Positions 13,031 to 26,312 of a stretch of DNA of 64,000 bases are shown here, piece by piece. Source of the stretch: the human T2T-CHM13v2.0 reference genome, Homo sapiens. Each line of letters begins with the position of its first letter. The stretch's first letter is position 1. The DNA lies in assembly GCF_009914755.1 (NCBI RefSeq), contig NC_060925.1, one strand, 5' to 3'. The notes under the pieces were generated by a model that searched no databases, had not been told where the DNA came from, and saw only the letters and a program-made list of their open reading frames with translations. Made by a program: the position numbers and the translations under genes.

Positions 13031-14663
13031 ACCGTAACCTATGACTGACATGCTGAGACCAGAAACCCAAAATGATGGTAACTGAGAGTGGCACTAATGC
13101 CGTAAGTTTTGGTCACACTCTCACCTAAGTGAGAACCTGACTAAAAAGGGGAAATTTTTTTAAAAGTTATGGGTGGCCACTGTTTTGGACTGAGATCATG
13201 CGCTAGGCCCCAACAGACCACAAAAAATGGAGCTGCTTGTGCTAAATGGGACAATAAAACTAAGACTTTAAGGAAACACACAAATCCTAGAACAGACCAG
13301 GTTTGTTTTCCTCCTGTTAACAAGACGTTCCAACATCAGGAGGTACCCTCTACTCAGTCCTTGGTCCTACCTTTGCAAAACTCACTGTTCTACTGTTTCC
13401 CAGTGGGTTTCAAGACCAAATAAGTACATTTATGATAGTGACAGTGACATTAATGATTAAAGTTTTGGTCAATCTCTCAAAATTGAGAAAATAACCAAAA
13501 GGGGGGAATTGGTAAAGTGAACTAAATGTGGTCTGAGAAGGACTCTGCTACATTTGAGTCCTTGTGGACAAACTGCAACCTAACTTAATAGGTAGACAAC
13601 ACTGAAAACCTAATTTAGGAGTATGCTCCTGTAACAATAGCTGAGTCTTGACCAATCCCAGGAGCCATACTTCACTCTTATACTGCTGAGTGCTCAAACT
13701 GTGTTCAAATAAGGCAAACGCTGAGCTGTAACCAATCCAGTTGTTCCTGTTCCCATTTCCAATTTCTGTACTTCCTTTCCCTTTTTTTTCTCTATAAATA
13801 TTCTTCCACCACATGGCTGCACTGGAGTCTCTCAGAATCTACTGTGATTCTGGGGGCTGCCTGATTCATGAATCGCTCATTGCTCAATTAAACTCCTTTA
13901 AATTTAATTTGGCTGAAGTTTTTCTTTTAATACACTATAAACATAATTTGATGATATAGATAATGTCTGTTCATAAAAGTATGTTGTACACTATGTAATT
14001 CATAATTTCCAGGTTCTGTTTACTGTTCAGAACAATCAGATATTATATTTACATAAGCTTTTGCCAATAAACATTCTTTGAATGCCATTTATCATAAGGT
14101 CTCATTTGATAACTCAAAGTGTCTTTTTCACTTGAATACCAGGTCAGCATCACAGCAGTTATTTAAATCTGCACTGAATAAGCATCAAGTCAATCACTGC
14201 TGAAATCAAGACTCAAAAAAAAAAGCTACTCTAAAGACATACTACTGCATTCCTATAAATAACAGTAACAAGTTTTTGTATCTTATTAAAATGATAAAAT
14301 TCCCAAAATATCCCCAATAGATACAAGAATATGTTGTTTTTATAGTTTGGCAACCCTATTCTACCATGCATGATGATTCAACTCACACTTTATTCTTTTC
14401 AAGCCCCTGCAAAACCTATTTCACAAAACACAGCATACATAATATGACCTTCTCTCAACACAAAGCCAAAAGAAAAAGTGGGCACTGGAATTGTATAGCA
14501 AGTGTAGTTACACAGTAGTTATTTATGTAAATAGATTCCACATTTTCAAAATCATGCATTCCTATTAGTTAAAAAAAATGGGAGGGCACATACATATACA
14601 TCTACTTATTTATAAGTCATACATATTTACTACTTTAAGTATATACAATAAATACTAGTGAAG

Positions 14664-15128
14664 TGTGAACCCCCAAAATATGAGACAGGTCTCAGTCAGT
14701 TTAGGAAGTTTATTTTGCCAAAGTTAAGGACACGTGCCCAGGACACAGCCTCAGGAGGTCCTACCAACATGTACCTAAGGTGGTTAGAGCACAAGTTGGT
14801 TTTTATATATTTTAGGGAAACATAAGACATCAATCAACATATGTAAGATCAACATTGGTTCCGTGGGTAGGGAAAGGCAGGACAACTAGAAGTGGGTGGG
14901 GGTGGGGGGGGCTTCCAGGTCATAGGTAGATAAGAGACAAATGGTTGCATTCTTCTGAGTTTCTGATTAGCCTTTCCAAAGGAGGCAATCAGATATAGAT
15001 TTATCTCAGCGAGCAGAGGGGTGACTTTGAATAGAATGGGAGGCAGGTTTGCCCTAAGCAGTTCCCAGCTTGACTTTTCCCTTTAGCTTAAGTGATTTTG
15101 GGGCCCCAAGATTTATTTTCCTTTCACA
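14664..15128 (-). mobile_element. MER4A1-type solo LTR (same sense as PIGK)
   Basis: Minus strand begins TGTGAAAGGAAAATAAATCTTGGGGCCC; TG...CA ends; 4-bp TSD GAAG. Confidence 0.9.
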
Positions 15129-16857
15129 GAAGCATAATTTCTTTCTTCTTTCCTAGATAAAAACAAAGAAAACTGCTAATATTTTCTTCCCTTACCACTT
15201 TTTGGTTACTTCATCTAAATAGAATATCTGGATCATGCCTATATAGATATTTTTAAGATCATCATCAATATAAAAGTGAAATTTTAAAAATTCTCAAAAA
15301 AAGTAGTCAGGAAGCCCAATCTGATAAACATATATGAAGGGAAAAATAGCCTAAAATAATAATTTCCCATTATTATGTTGCCCAAACACTGAAAAACCAG
15401 GTAAGCCCTTCATCAGGGCTGCTAGGCCATTCTTTACCTGCCTCCCTGAAATTCCTCTGCAGCCCAATCAGGAACTAGTGACCGGTAGGTAAAAAAAATA
15501 TACATATTTCAAATAGATGAACAATCTTTCACAGTCCTGGACCATTAGAGTGTGAAATTTCAAAAAACACAACTTTTCGTTTGTAATAAACTGGTATTAC
15601 CTTAATAAAAAATTTTCACGGAATGAAATTTAAATAAATTGTATTGGTTAAAATGTTTTTAAACTGTTCGCTTAAAAATGTTATATATAATAATATATAA
15701 TGTTTTCCACAGCCATGCCTAATCACATACTACCTTAGAGCATTGTTTAGCTACTAGAGCTAAGATCTTCAGGCTTATCTTCCAGAAAAGCATCATCCCA
15801 AGCTAGAATAGTAACTGAAATTAACACAGCAGGAAATATGAGGGTCACAGGAATCTCTGATGCCCTCTTAAATTTCTGGGTTTCTGCCTCATAGGTGTTG
15901 CTTTTCCCCCTGACACAAATTATTAAGGATACTCTGTAGATTACTGGTTCTACAGCAATGTAATTAGGTCAAGCAAATTCAACAAGTCAAGCTAATCAGC
16001 AGCTTAATGCCAGGGTAAATTACCTTTTGGTTTTTCTTCCTCCTCCCTTCCCATGTCTTGAGGAATCTTCAAGTTAATAACTCTAGCCACCAATGCACTG
16101 TGAAATTCATCGTAATAAATCTACTAACCACAGATGCTTGACCATCAAGATTTTCTGAATTACTTTCAATTTGCCAAATGTTGAACAATTAGCATTCTTC
16201 GATACATGATTCCAGGTATTCTGTACTCATATTATCAGAAATAAAAACTGAAAAAATTGCACTGCAGACAATTACTGACAGACTCATCAGTAAGCAGACA
16301 TGTTATCACAGAGACAAATTACATGAGGGTAGAGCTAGCTAGCTATAGGCTCATATATTTAAAGTTACATGTGGTTGAATATAACGAAGATAATAGCTAA
16401 CATTTATTGAGCACTCCTGTGATGGTTACAACTGAGAGTCAACTTGATTAGATTGCGCAAGGGCAGGAAGCATCCAGCAGGGGAGAAAGATGTAGTATTG
16501 GAGGCTAGGCCAAGCTAGTCTTTTCACATTATTCTGCCTTCTTTATATTCTAGCCATACTGGCAGCTGCTTAGATGGTGCCCACCCAGATTAAGGGTGGG
16601 TCTGCCTTTCCCAGCCTCAAATGTTAATTCAAAAGTTAAACCAAAGGGTTAATCTCCTCTGGAAACACCCTCGCAGACACACCCAGGATCAATCTATCTA
16701 TCTATCTATCTATCTGTACACACACACACACACACACATATGTGAGTTTATTAAGTGTTATATATATTTGCATACTATTAGTTCTATCCCTCTAGAGAAC
16801 CTTGACTAGTATAGATTTTGGTACGAGGAGTGATCCTAGAGGAACAGAATATTAAGG

Positions 16858-18690
16858 ATGGAGTTCTTTCATTGGTTTTGGGGTTTCTGGAGTTGGCTGC
16901 TTAATATGATCAGTCCCCAAAATGCTAAGGACTCTACTTCTAATAGTATGGAGAACACTGATAGTCCTTGGCATAAACTATTGTGACAGTTATGCAAAAT
17001 AAATTCATTTGACACACCTGATTCCCTGCTCATGAGAGACAAGGAGTTTAGTAACTCTATACATAATACCTTTGACCATATCTGGAGAACCAAGGAACAT
17101 AATGAAGCTGGTTGGTTGCTCCTAAGCTTGGTGGACAAAGTGATAAAAAAATGATGAACTCAGGGATTCTGTCTCCCGGCTTCAGATACTGAGCCTCCCA
17201 TCTGCTAAGATTGCCCTGACTGAGAGTCTTATCTCCTGTAGAGAAAGAGTTGAAATTGTGGAAAAACAGACACAAGTTCTTATCATGCAAGTGGCTGACC
17301 TGTAATGAAAAATGCATGGACAGCCTCACTAGGCGTCTATTGTTAAACTGAGGGCATTGATTGGAAAAGAATGAGACCCTGCAACTTGGAATGGGAACAT
17401 ATGGAGGACCCAGATGAAGCTGGGGTCACTGAGTTTGTAAACTCTGATGAACCTTTTCTGCCAGAAGAAACAGCTTCCCCATCCCCAGCAGTGGCAACAT
17501 CCCCTCTCCGACCCATGCTGCCATAAGCCTTTCCACCTTTGTCTGAGGAGATAAATCCTATGCTGCCTGAGGCAACAGTAACGGCCTCCCCTGAGGCAGT
17601 TGTTAGGCAAAATAATGTTGATTCTCCTCAGGAGCCACCTCCAACACCCCTGTTTGCTTTCAGATCTATAACAAGTCCTGGCAGGCCCCTACAGGTGAGG
17701 TTCAGAGTGTGACCCATGAGGAGGTGCACTACACTTGAAGTGCTTGAGTTTTCTAATTTTTATAAACAGAAATCTGGAGAACAGGCATGGGAATGGATAT
17801 TAAGGGTGTGGGATAATGGTTGAAGGAACATAGAGTTAGATCAGGCTAAATTTATTGACTTGGGCCCACTAAGTAGGGACTCTGCATTTAATGTTGCAGC
17901 TCGAGGAGGGGGAGTTCCAATCGTTTATTTGCTTGATTAGCTGAAATATGGATTAAAAGATGGCCCACTGTGAGAGGTGGAAATGCCTGATCTCCCTTGG
18001 TTTAATGTAGAGAAAGGGACCCAAAGGATTAGGGAGATTGGGATAGTGGAGTGGATTAGTCACTTTAGACCTATTCATCCCAGCAGAGAGGATCCAGAAG
18101 ATATATCCTTGACCAATGCCTTGCGAAATAGATTTCTGAGGGCAGCAACTGCATTTTTGAAGAGCCCTGTTATTGCTCTTCTCTGTATGTCAGATCTGAC
18201 AGTGGGAACCGCAGTTGCTCAACTACAAAATTTAAATACAGTGGAAATAATGGGATCCCAAGGTGGCAAGGGCCAAGTGGCATCACTCAGCTGTCAAAGG
18301 AAAGGTAGGCATAGCTACTCTAATGGACAGCAAAGGCAAAGTGGCAATCAGAATATTCTAACTGGTGTAGAGCTCTGGCACTGGCTAATTAATCACGGTG
18401 CTCCTAGAAGTGAAATTGACAGGAAGCCTACTGCATTCCTACTTAATTTAACAAGCAGAAAACTTCGAGGTCAAATGGACAAAAGACTGATTTGAATTAC
18501 AAAAACAGAGAATCATGGCCCCTCAATCAATTTGCAGACTTGAGCCAGTTTACAGATCCAGAATCCCTGGGATGAAGGGGAGGTCAGGTCCCCTTGAGGA
18601 AGGACCCCACTACATAACCAACAGCTTATGCAGTGAATCTTTCTCCCATCCTTCCCACAAGAAAACCTCCAGCCCTTTACCAGAGTAACT
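16858..18690 (+). pseudogene. HERV-L gag, with stops and frameshifts
   Basis: ERV-L gag peptides such as EMPDLPWF...EWI...LQNLN (ORF 17977..18495). Confidence 0.8.
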
Positions 18691-21560
18691 GTGCACTGCG
18701 GAAAGGGAAATGATCAGACATTTCAGGAACTACTGGACACTGGCTCTGAGCTAACATTGATTCCAAGGGACTCAAAACATCATTGTGGTCCTCCAGTTAA
18801 AGTAGGGGCTCATGGAGGACAGGTAATTAATGGGGTTTTAGCTCAGGTCCAACTTACAGTGTGTCCAGTGGATCCCCAGACTCATCTTGTGGTCATTTCC
18901 CCAGTGCCAGAATGCAAAATTGGCACAGACATTCTTAACAGCTGGCAGAACCCCCATATTGGCTCCTTGACTGGTAGGGTGAGCATTATTACAGTGGGAA
19001 AGACCAAATGGAAGCCATTAGAGCTGCCTCTACCTATAAAAATAGTAAAGCAAAAACAGTATCACATCCTGGAGGGACTGTGGAGATCAGTGCCACCATC
19101 AAGGACTTGAAAGATGCAGGGGTGGTGAGTCCTACCACATCCCTGTTCAACTCTCCCACCTGGCCTGGGCAGAAGACAGATGGATCTTGGAGAATGACAG
19201 CAGATTATCATAAACTTAACCAAGTGGCGACTCCAATTACAGCTGCTGTTCCCGATGTGGTTTCATTGCTTGAGCAAATTAACACATCTCCTGGTACCTG
19301 GTATGTAGCCACTGATTCGGCAAATACCTTTTTCTCCATGCCTGTCTACAAGGCCCACCAGAAGCAACTTGCCTTCAGCTGGCAAGGCCAGCAATATACC
19401 TTTACTGTCCTGCCTCAGGGGTATATCAACTCTCTAGTTTTGTGTCATAATCTTATTTAGAGAGACCTTGATCCTTTTTGCTTCCATAAGATATCACCCT
19501 GGTACATTACATTGATGACATTATGCTGATTGGATCCAGTGAGCAAGAACTGGCAAACACACTAGACTTATTGGTGAGACATTTGCATGCCAGAGGATGG
19601 GAAATAAATCCAACTAAAATTCAGGGACCTTCTACCTCAGTAAAATTTCTAGGGATCCAGTGGTGTGGGGCCTGTCAAAATATTTCGTCTAAGGTGAAGG
19701 ATAAGTTGCTGCATTTGGCCCCTCCTACCACCAAGAAAGAGGCACAATGCCCAGTGGGCCTAACTGGATTTTGGAGGCAACACATTCCTCACTGGGGTGT
19801 GTTACTCCGGCCCATTTATTGAGTGACCTGAAAGGCTGCCAGTTTTGAGTGGGGTCCAGAACAGGAGAAGGCTCTGCAACAGGTCCAGGCTGCTGTGCAA
19901 GCTGCTCTGCCACATGGGCCATATGACACAGCAGATCCAATGGTGCTTGAGGTGTCAGTGGCAAGCAGGGATGCTGTTTGGAGCCTTTGGCAGGCCCTCA
20001 TAGGTGAACCACAGCGGAGGCCTCTAGGATTTTGGAGCAAGGCCCTGCCATCTTCTGCAGATAACTATTCTCCTTTTGAGAGACAGCTCTTGGCCTGTTA
20101 CTGGGCTTTGGTGGAAACTGAACATTTGACTATGTGTCATCAAGTCACCATGCGACCTGAACCGCCTATCATGAACTGGGTGCTTTCTGACCCATCCAGC
20201 CATAAAGTAGGTCATGCACAGCAGCATTCCATCATCAAATGGAAGTGGCATATACGTGATCAGGCTTGACCAGGTCCTGAAGGCACAAGTTAGTTACATG
20301 AGGAGGTGGCTCAAATGCCTATGGTCTCCACTCTTGCCACCCTGCCTTCTCTCCCCAAGCCTCCATGGATGGCCTCATGGGGAGTTCCCTATGATCAGCT
20401 GATGGAGGAAGAGAAGAGGAGGGCCTGATTCACAGATGGTTCTGCACAATATGTGGGCACCACCTGAAAGTGGACAGCTGCAGCACTACTGCCCGTCTAG
20501 GACATCCCTGAAGGACAGCGGTAAAGGGAAATCTCCCCAGTGGGCAGAACTTCGAGCAGTGCACCTGGTTGTGCACTTTGCATGGAAGGAGAAATGGTCC
20601 AATGTGTGACTATATACTGATTCATGGGCTGTAGCCAATGATCTGGCTGGATGGTCAGGGACTTGGAAGAAGCATGATTGGAAAATTGGTGACAAAGAAA
20701 TTTGGGGAAGAGGTATGTGGATGGACCTGAGGGGTCAAAAATGTAAAGATATTTGTATCCCATGTGAGAGCTCAGCAATGGGTGACTTCAGCAGAGGAGG
20801 ATTTTAACAATCAAGTAGATATGAGGACCCGTTCTGTGGACATCACTCAGCCTGTTTCCCCAGTCACCCCTGTCATCACCCAATGGGCCCATGAACAAAG
20901 TGGCTATGGTGGCAGGGATGGAGGTTACACAGGAGTTCAGCAACATGGATTTCCACTCACCAACGCTGACCTGGTTATGGCCACTGCTGAGTGCCCAATT
21001 TGCCAGCAGCAGAGACCAACACTGACCCCTCAATATGGCACCATTCCTCGGCATGATTAGGCAGCTACCTGGTGGCAGGTTGATTATATTGAACCTCTTC
21101 CATCACGAAAAGGGCAGTGGTTTGTCCCCACTGGAATAAACACTTACTCTGGATATGGGTTTGCCTATCCTGCACACAGTGCTTCTGCCAAGACTACCAT
21201 CTGTGGCCTCACAAATGCCTTATCCACCGTCATGGTATTTCACACATCATCACCTCTGAACAATGCACTCAGTTTACGGCTAAAGAAGTGCAGCAGTGGG
21301 CTCGTGCTCATGGAATTCACTGGTCTTACCATGTTCCCCATCATCCTCAAGCAGGTGGATTGATAGAACAGTGGAATGGCCTTTTGAAGTCACAATTAAA
21401 ACACCAACTAGATGGCAGAGTTCTCCCAAAGGCCATGTATGCTCTGAATCAGCATCCAATATATGGTACTGTTTCTCCCATAGCCAGGATTCACAGGTCC
21501 AGGAATCAAGGGGTAGATGTGGAAGTGGCACCACTCATCATCACCCCTAGTGATCCACTA
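18691..21560 (+). pseudogene. HERV-L pro-pol (protease, RT, RNase H, integrase), disrupted
   Basis: LLDTGS protease; WRMTADYHKLN, LPQGY and YIDD (19508-19519) for RT; FTDGS for RNase H; H...CPIC zinc finger, WQVDY and GLIEQWNGLLK for integrase; many stops and frameshifts. Confidence 0.93.
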
Positions 21561-21589
21561 GCAAAATTTTTGCTGCCTGTTCCTGCAAC

Positions 21590-21902
21590 ATTACGCTCTT
21601 CTGGCCTAGAGGTCTTACCTCCAGCAGGAGGAACACTGACACCAGGAGACACAACAATGATTCCATTAAACTAGAAGTTAAGATTGCCACCTGGACACTT
21701 TGGGCTCCTCCTACCTTTAAGTCAACAGGCTAATAAGGGAGTTACAGTGTCAGTTACAGTGACTGACCCAGACTATCAAGATGAAATCAGTCCACTACTC
21801 CACAACAGAGGTAAGGAAGAATATGCATGGAATACAGAAGATCCATTAGGGCATTTCTTAGTATTATCACGCCCTGTGATTAAGGTCAATGGGAAACTAT
21901 AA
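21590..21902 (+). pseudogene. HERV-L dUTPase remnant downstream of integrase
   Basis: SSGLEV, PPGHFGLL and GVTV...DPDYQDEI motifs; in-frame TAG at ~21672. Confidence 0.82.
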
Positions 21903-21965
21903 CAGCCCAATCCAGGCAGGAGTACAAATGGCCCAGACCCTTCAGGAATGAAGGTGTGGGTCACC

Positions 21966-23044
21966 TGTTGCGGGAAGTCAGGGACCCCAAACGGATGGAC
22001 CGGCTGAAGCCATGGCAGAAGAATGTAGATTGTGAAGATTTTATGGACATTTTATTAGTTCCCCAAATTAATACTTTTATAATTTCTTATGCCTGTCTTT
22101 ACTGCAATCTCTAAACATAAATTGTAAAGATTTCATGGACACTTATCACTTCCCCAATCAATACCCTTGTGATTTCCTATGTCTGTCTTTACTTTAATCT
22201 CTTAATCCTGTCAGCCGAGGAAGATGTATGTCGCCTCAGGACCCTGCACTAATTGCATTAACTGCACAAATTGTACAGCATGTGTGTTTGAGCAATATGA
22301 AATGTGGGCATCTTGAAAAAAGAACAGGATAACAGCAATTGTTCAGGGAATAAGAGAGATAACCTTAAACTCTGACCACTGGTGAGCCGGGCAGAACAGA
22401 GCCATATTTCTCTTCTTTCAAAAGCAAATGGGAGAAATATCGCTGAATTCTTTTTCTCAGCATGGAACATCCCTGAGAAAGAGAATATGTGCCTGGAGGT
22501 ATAGGCTTATAAACAGCCCCCCCAGGTGCGCCTGTCTCTTATGTCGAAACTGCAGAGATGAAATATACTCCAGTCTCCCATAGCACTCCCAGGCTTATTA
22601 GGAAGAGGAAATTCCCACCTAATAAATTTTGGTCAGACCGGTTGATCTCAAAACCCTGTCTCCTGATAAGATGTTATCAATGACAATGGTGCCCGAAACT
22701 TCATTAGCAATTTTAATTTCACCTCGGTCCTGTGGTCCTGTGGTCCTGTGATCTCGCCCTGCCTCCACTTGCCTTGTGATATTCTATTACCCTGTTAAGT
22801 ACTTGATGTCTGTCACCCACACCTATTCACACCCTCCCTCCCTTTTTGAAAATCCCTAATAAAAACTTGCTGGTTTTTGTGGCTTGTGGGGCATCACGGA
22901 TCCTACCAACGTGTGATGTCTCCCCTGGATGCCCAGCTTTAAAATTTCTCTCTTTTGTACTCTGTCCCTTTATTTCTCAAGCCGGCCGATGCTTAGGAAA
23001 AATAGAAAAGAACCTATGTGATTATCGGGGCAGGTTCCCCGATA
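21966..23044 (+). mobile_element. MER11 (HERV-K HML-8) solo LTR inserted in HERV-L
   Basis: TGTTGCGGGAAGTCAGGGACCCC...GGTTCCCCGATA; perfect 6-bp TSD GTCACC. Confidence 0.95.
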
Positions 23045-23879
23045 GTCACCCCACTAGGAAAAAAACCAAGACTTGTTAAGGTGCTTGCTGAAGGCAAAAG
23101 GAATACAGGATGTATAGTAAAAGAAAGTAGTCATCTATACCAGCTATGATCATGTGACCAGCTGCAGAAACAGGAACTGTAATTGTCATGAGTATTTCCT
23201 CCCTCTTTTGTTAAAAACATGATTGTGCATGTATACATTTGTACTTAGAAAATATCTTCAGTTTATTTCCTTTTTCCTTTATCATATGACATAAGATTTA
23301 TTGACTTCATATCAGCATTTAAGTATTCTTAACTTTATACAACAGTACATTTGGGTTTGGGATTGATGTGTTTCCAGTTGTACAAAGGATAGTTGTATTA
23401 TGTTAGGCAAAATTATGTTTTTAGGCAAAAGACTTATTATTGTCTTTATTTGAAGATTACATATAATCTCAGATGTGTATGGGTTCAAGTTGACAAGGGA
23501 TAGACTTGTGATGGTTACTGAGTGTCAACTTGATTGCATTGAAAGATGCAAAGTATTGGTCCTGGGTGTGTCTGTGAGGGTGTTGCCAAAAGAGATTAAC
23601 ATTTGAGTCAGTGGGCTAGGAAAGGCAGACCCACCTTTAACCTGGGTTAGTACCATCTAATCAGCTGCCAGGGTGGCTAGAATATAAAGCAGACAGAAAA
23701 ACATGAAAGACTAGACTGGCCTAGGCTCCCAGCTGACATCTTTCTCCCATGTTGGATGCTTTCTGCCCTCAAACATTGGACTCCAAGTTTCAGTTTTGGG
23801 ACTTGGACTGGTTCTCCTTGCTCCTCAGCTTGCAGACAGCCTATTGTGGGACCTTGTGATTGTGTGAGTTAACAATAAA

Positions 23880-23945
<66 letters not shown>

Positions 23946-24012
23946 TATACAGATATACATATACGTATATGTATATTTGATTAGTTCTGTCCCTCTAGAG
24001 AACCCTAATACA

Positions 24013-24230
24013 ACTCAGTATGTCTCAAGTATTGCAGTCATAAAATAAGCACATTACAAGCATTATCTCATACACTATTTTTATGAGCTATATGTTATTA
24101 TCATCTCCATTTTACAGGTTATGTGATGGAAGCACACACATGCCCCAGGTCACACAGCTAGCAAGTAGTGGCGTTTGAATTCAAACCCAGATTTGTCTGA
24201 CATGAACGTCTGCTTTTAATAACTTTGCAT
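24013..24230 (-). mobile_element. MIR split by the HERV-L insertion (other part at ~16390-16417)
   Basis: ATAATAGCTAACATTTATTGAGCACT left of the provirus; CCATTTTACAG...GGTCACACAGCTAG...ATTCAAACCCAG to its right. Confidence 0.75.
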
Positions 24231-24271
24231 TATGCTGAAACTAAGAGAACTGCCATTTGAAAGCATTTAAT

Positions 24272-24593
24272 AGCCGGGCATAGTGGCTCATGCCTGTAAT
24301 CTTGACACTTTGGGAAGCTGAGGTGGGAGGATCGTTTGAGGCCAGGAGTTCAAGACCAGCCTGGGCCACTTGGTGAGACTCCATCTCTACCAAAAAAAAA
24401 CAAAAAACAAAAAAAAATTAGCTGATTGTGATATCGCATGGCTGTAGTCCTAGCTACTCAGGAGGCCGAGGCGGGAGGACTGCCTAAACCCAGGAGATCG
24501 AAGTTACAGTGAGCTACGATCATGCCATTGCACTTTAGCCTGTGCAACAGAGCAAGACCTTGTCTCAAAAAAAAGAAAAAGAAAAAGAAAAAA
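24272..24593 (+). mobile_element. Alu (AluJ-type)
   Basis: Dimer with A-rich tail; TSD-like AAAG(C/G)ATTTAAT. Confidence 0.92.
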
Positions 24594-25869
24594 GGATTTA
24601 ATGATATGTTTTTGTCTTAAATTGATAATGGACTCTGACGATTAGGTTAGATACATGACCTCATCATTGCTGTTTAATATTTATGGCACATAATTAAAAT
24701 AAAACAGGCTCTTGAAATTCTAAATCAAACCATCCAGAGACCTGAGTAAAAATTCTCAAAGAACAGCACTAGAGCATATAATTTCACCTGTAAATGTAGT
24801 AAGATACAAATGAAAAATCTCAGTGCCTCAATTGTAAAACTAAGATAACAGAACTTCAAAGAGATAAAGAGGCTAATATTCTAGACAGTCTCCAATTAAT
24901 TCCCCAAAGCCCCTGACTCATTTCTACAGAGAGGTATTGGGGCTGCATCCTGCTGCTGGTTCTTAGCCATCAGTTCTTTTCAGCCACCAGGACTGCCACT
25001 TTCACTCTCAACCATGTGTACCAGTAGCCTACACCTTAAATCTTCACTGCTTCACCTCTACCTTCAAATATTCCCCAATGTTAATCAGTCTTCCAATAGC
25101 AGGAGAGGGGGCAAACAGCACAGCCACCTCACCGTTCCCTTCCCCATTCCTCTCAGGATGAAAATCAGTACAGCGTTGACAAGTTCTCCATCTCTTTCTT
25201 CCTGTTTTCCATTGCTTAACTCCCCACTAATTAGTTTACTAACTTACTAAAGCACACAAACCTCAGGCTTATAATTCAAATCTGTGCATTACATTACCAA
25301 AATTACAAGTTACTATCTTTCTGATCATTTTGGATGGCTCACAGAAATAGTCAAAATCAAGAGTGTTGTAGTCATGAATGTCACTGATCTAGCGTAACTT
25401 TCTTTTTGCTAAAATGTATAGGACAAAATTTTTTAAAATCTTCATACATTGCATACAGTCTATCATAACTTAAACTACTATGTGCAATCTTTCACATATT
25501 CTCACGTTCAACAGAAATTTTACTTTTGTTATTTTTCCAATAATGATCTGTACTGACTTAGTCAGTCTCCCTAACTAAGCTACTATAATAAAAGTATTTT
25601 GGAACCTTGCTTAGCACCAAAAGATTTTAACAGTCTACATCTAACCTCTTTAGAGTGCTGCAAGCAATTTCCTAGGACTTGACCACATCCTGAATTATAC
25701 ATTTTGCCTAAAAAATGTATGCAAACATCACTAATATGCCTTTTATGATACATTTCTAGCGTCAAATGGCAAGAAAATCAAAAGATCTGCTTAGTTTTCT
25801 CCAGGCGGAAAGCAAGATAACAAAGATATTCTTTTCATTAAAGAACTCAGATGTCTATTTTTCTTCTGA

Positions 25870-26312
<443 letters not shown>

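Larger units (their letters stand above)
16418..24012 (+). mobile_element. Full-length HERV-L provirus with MLT2A2 LTRs (5' LTR 16418-16813 rearranged; 3' LTR 23507-24012)
   Basis: Both LTRs begin TGTGATGGTTA and end CCCTCTAGAGAACC...; internal region begins GATTTTGGTAC; TSD ACTCC/ACTCA; gag-pro-pol-dut order, no env. Confidence 0.95.

Noticed and set aside
17977-21902. Cluster of long ORFs (up to 185 aa) with RT, protease and integrase motifs as a possible novel or domesticated gene system
   Set aside because: Ordinary HERV-L gag/pol/dut fragments broken by many stops and frameshifts, with mutated integrase residues
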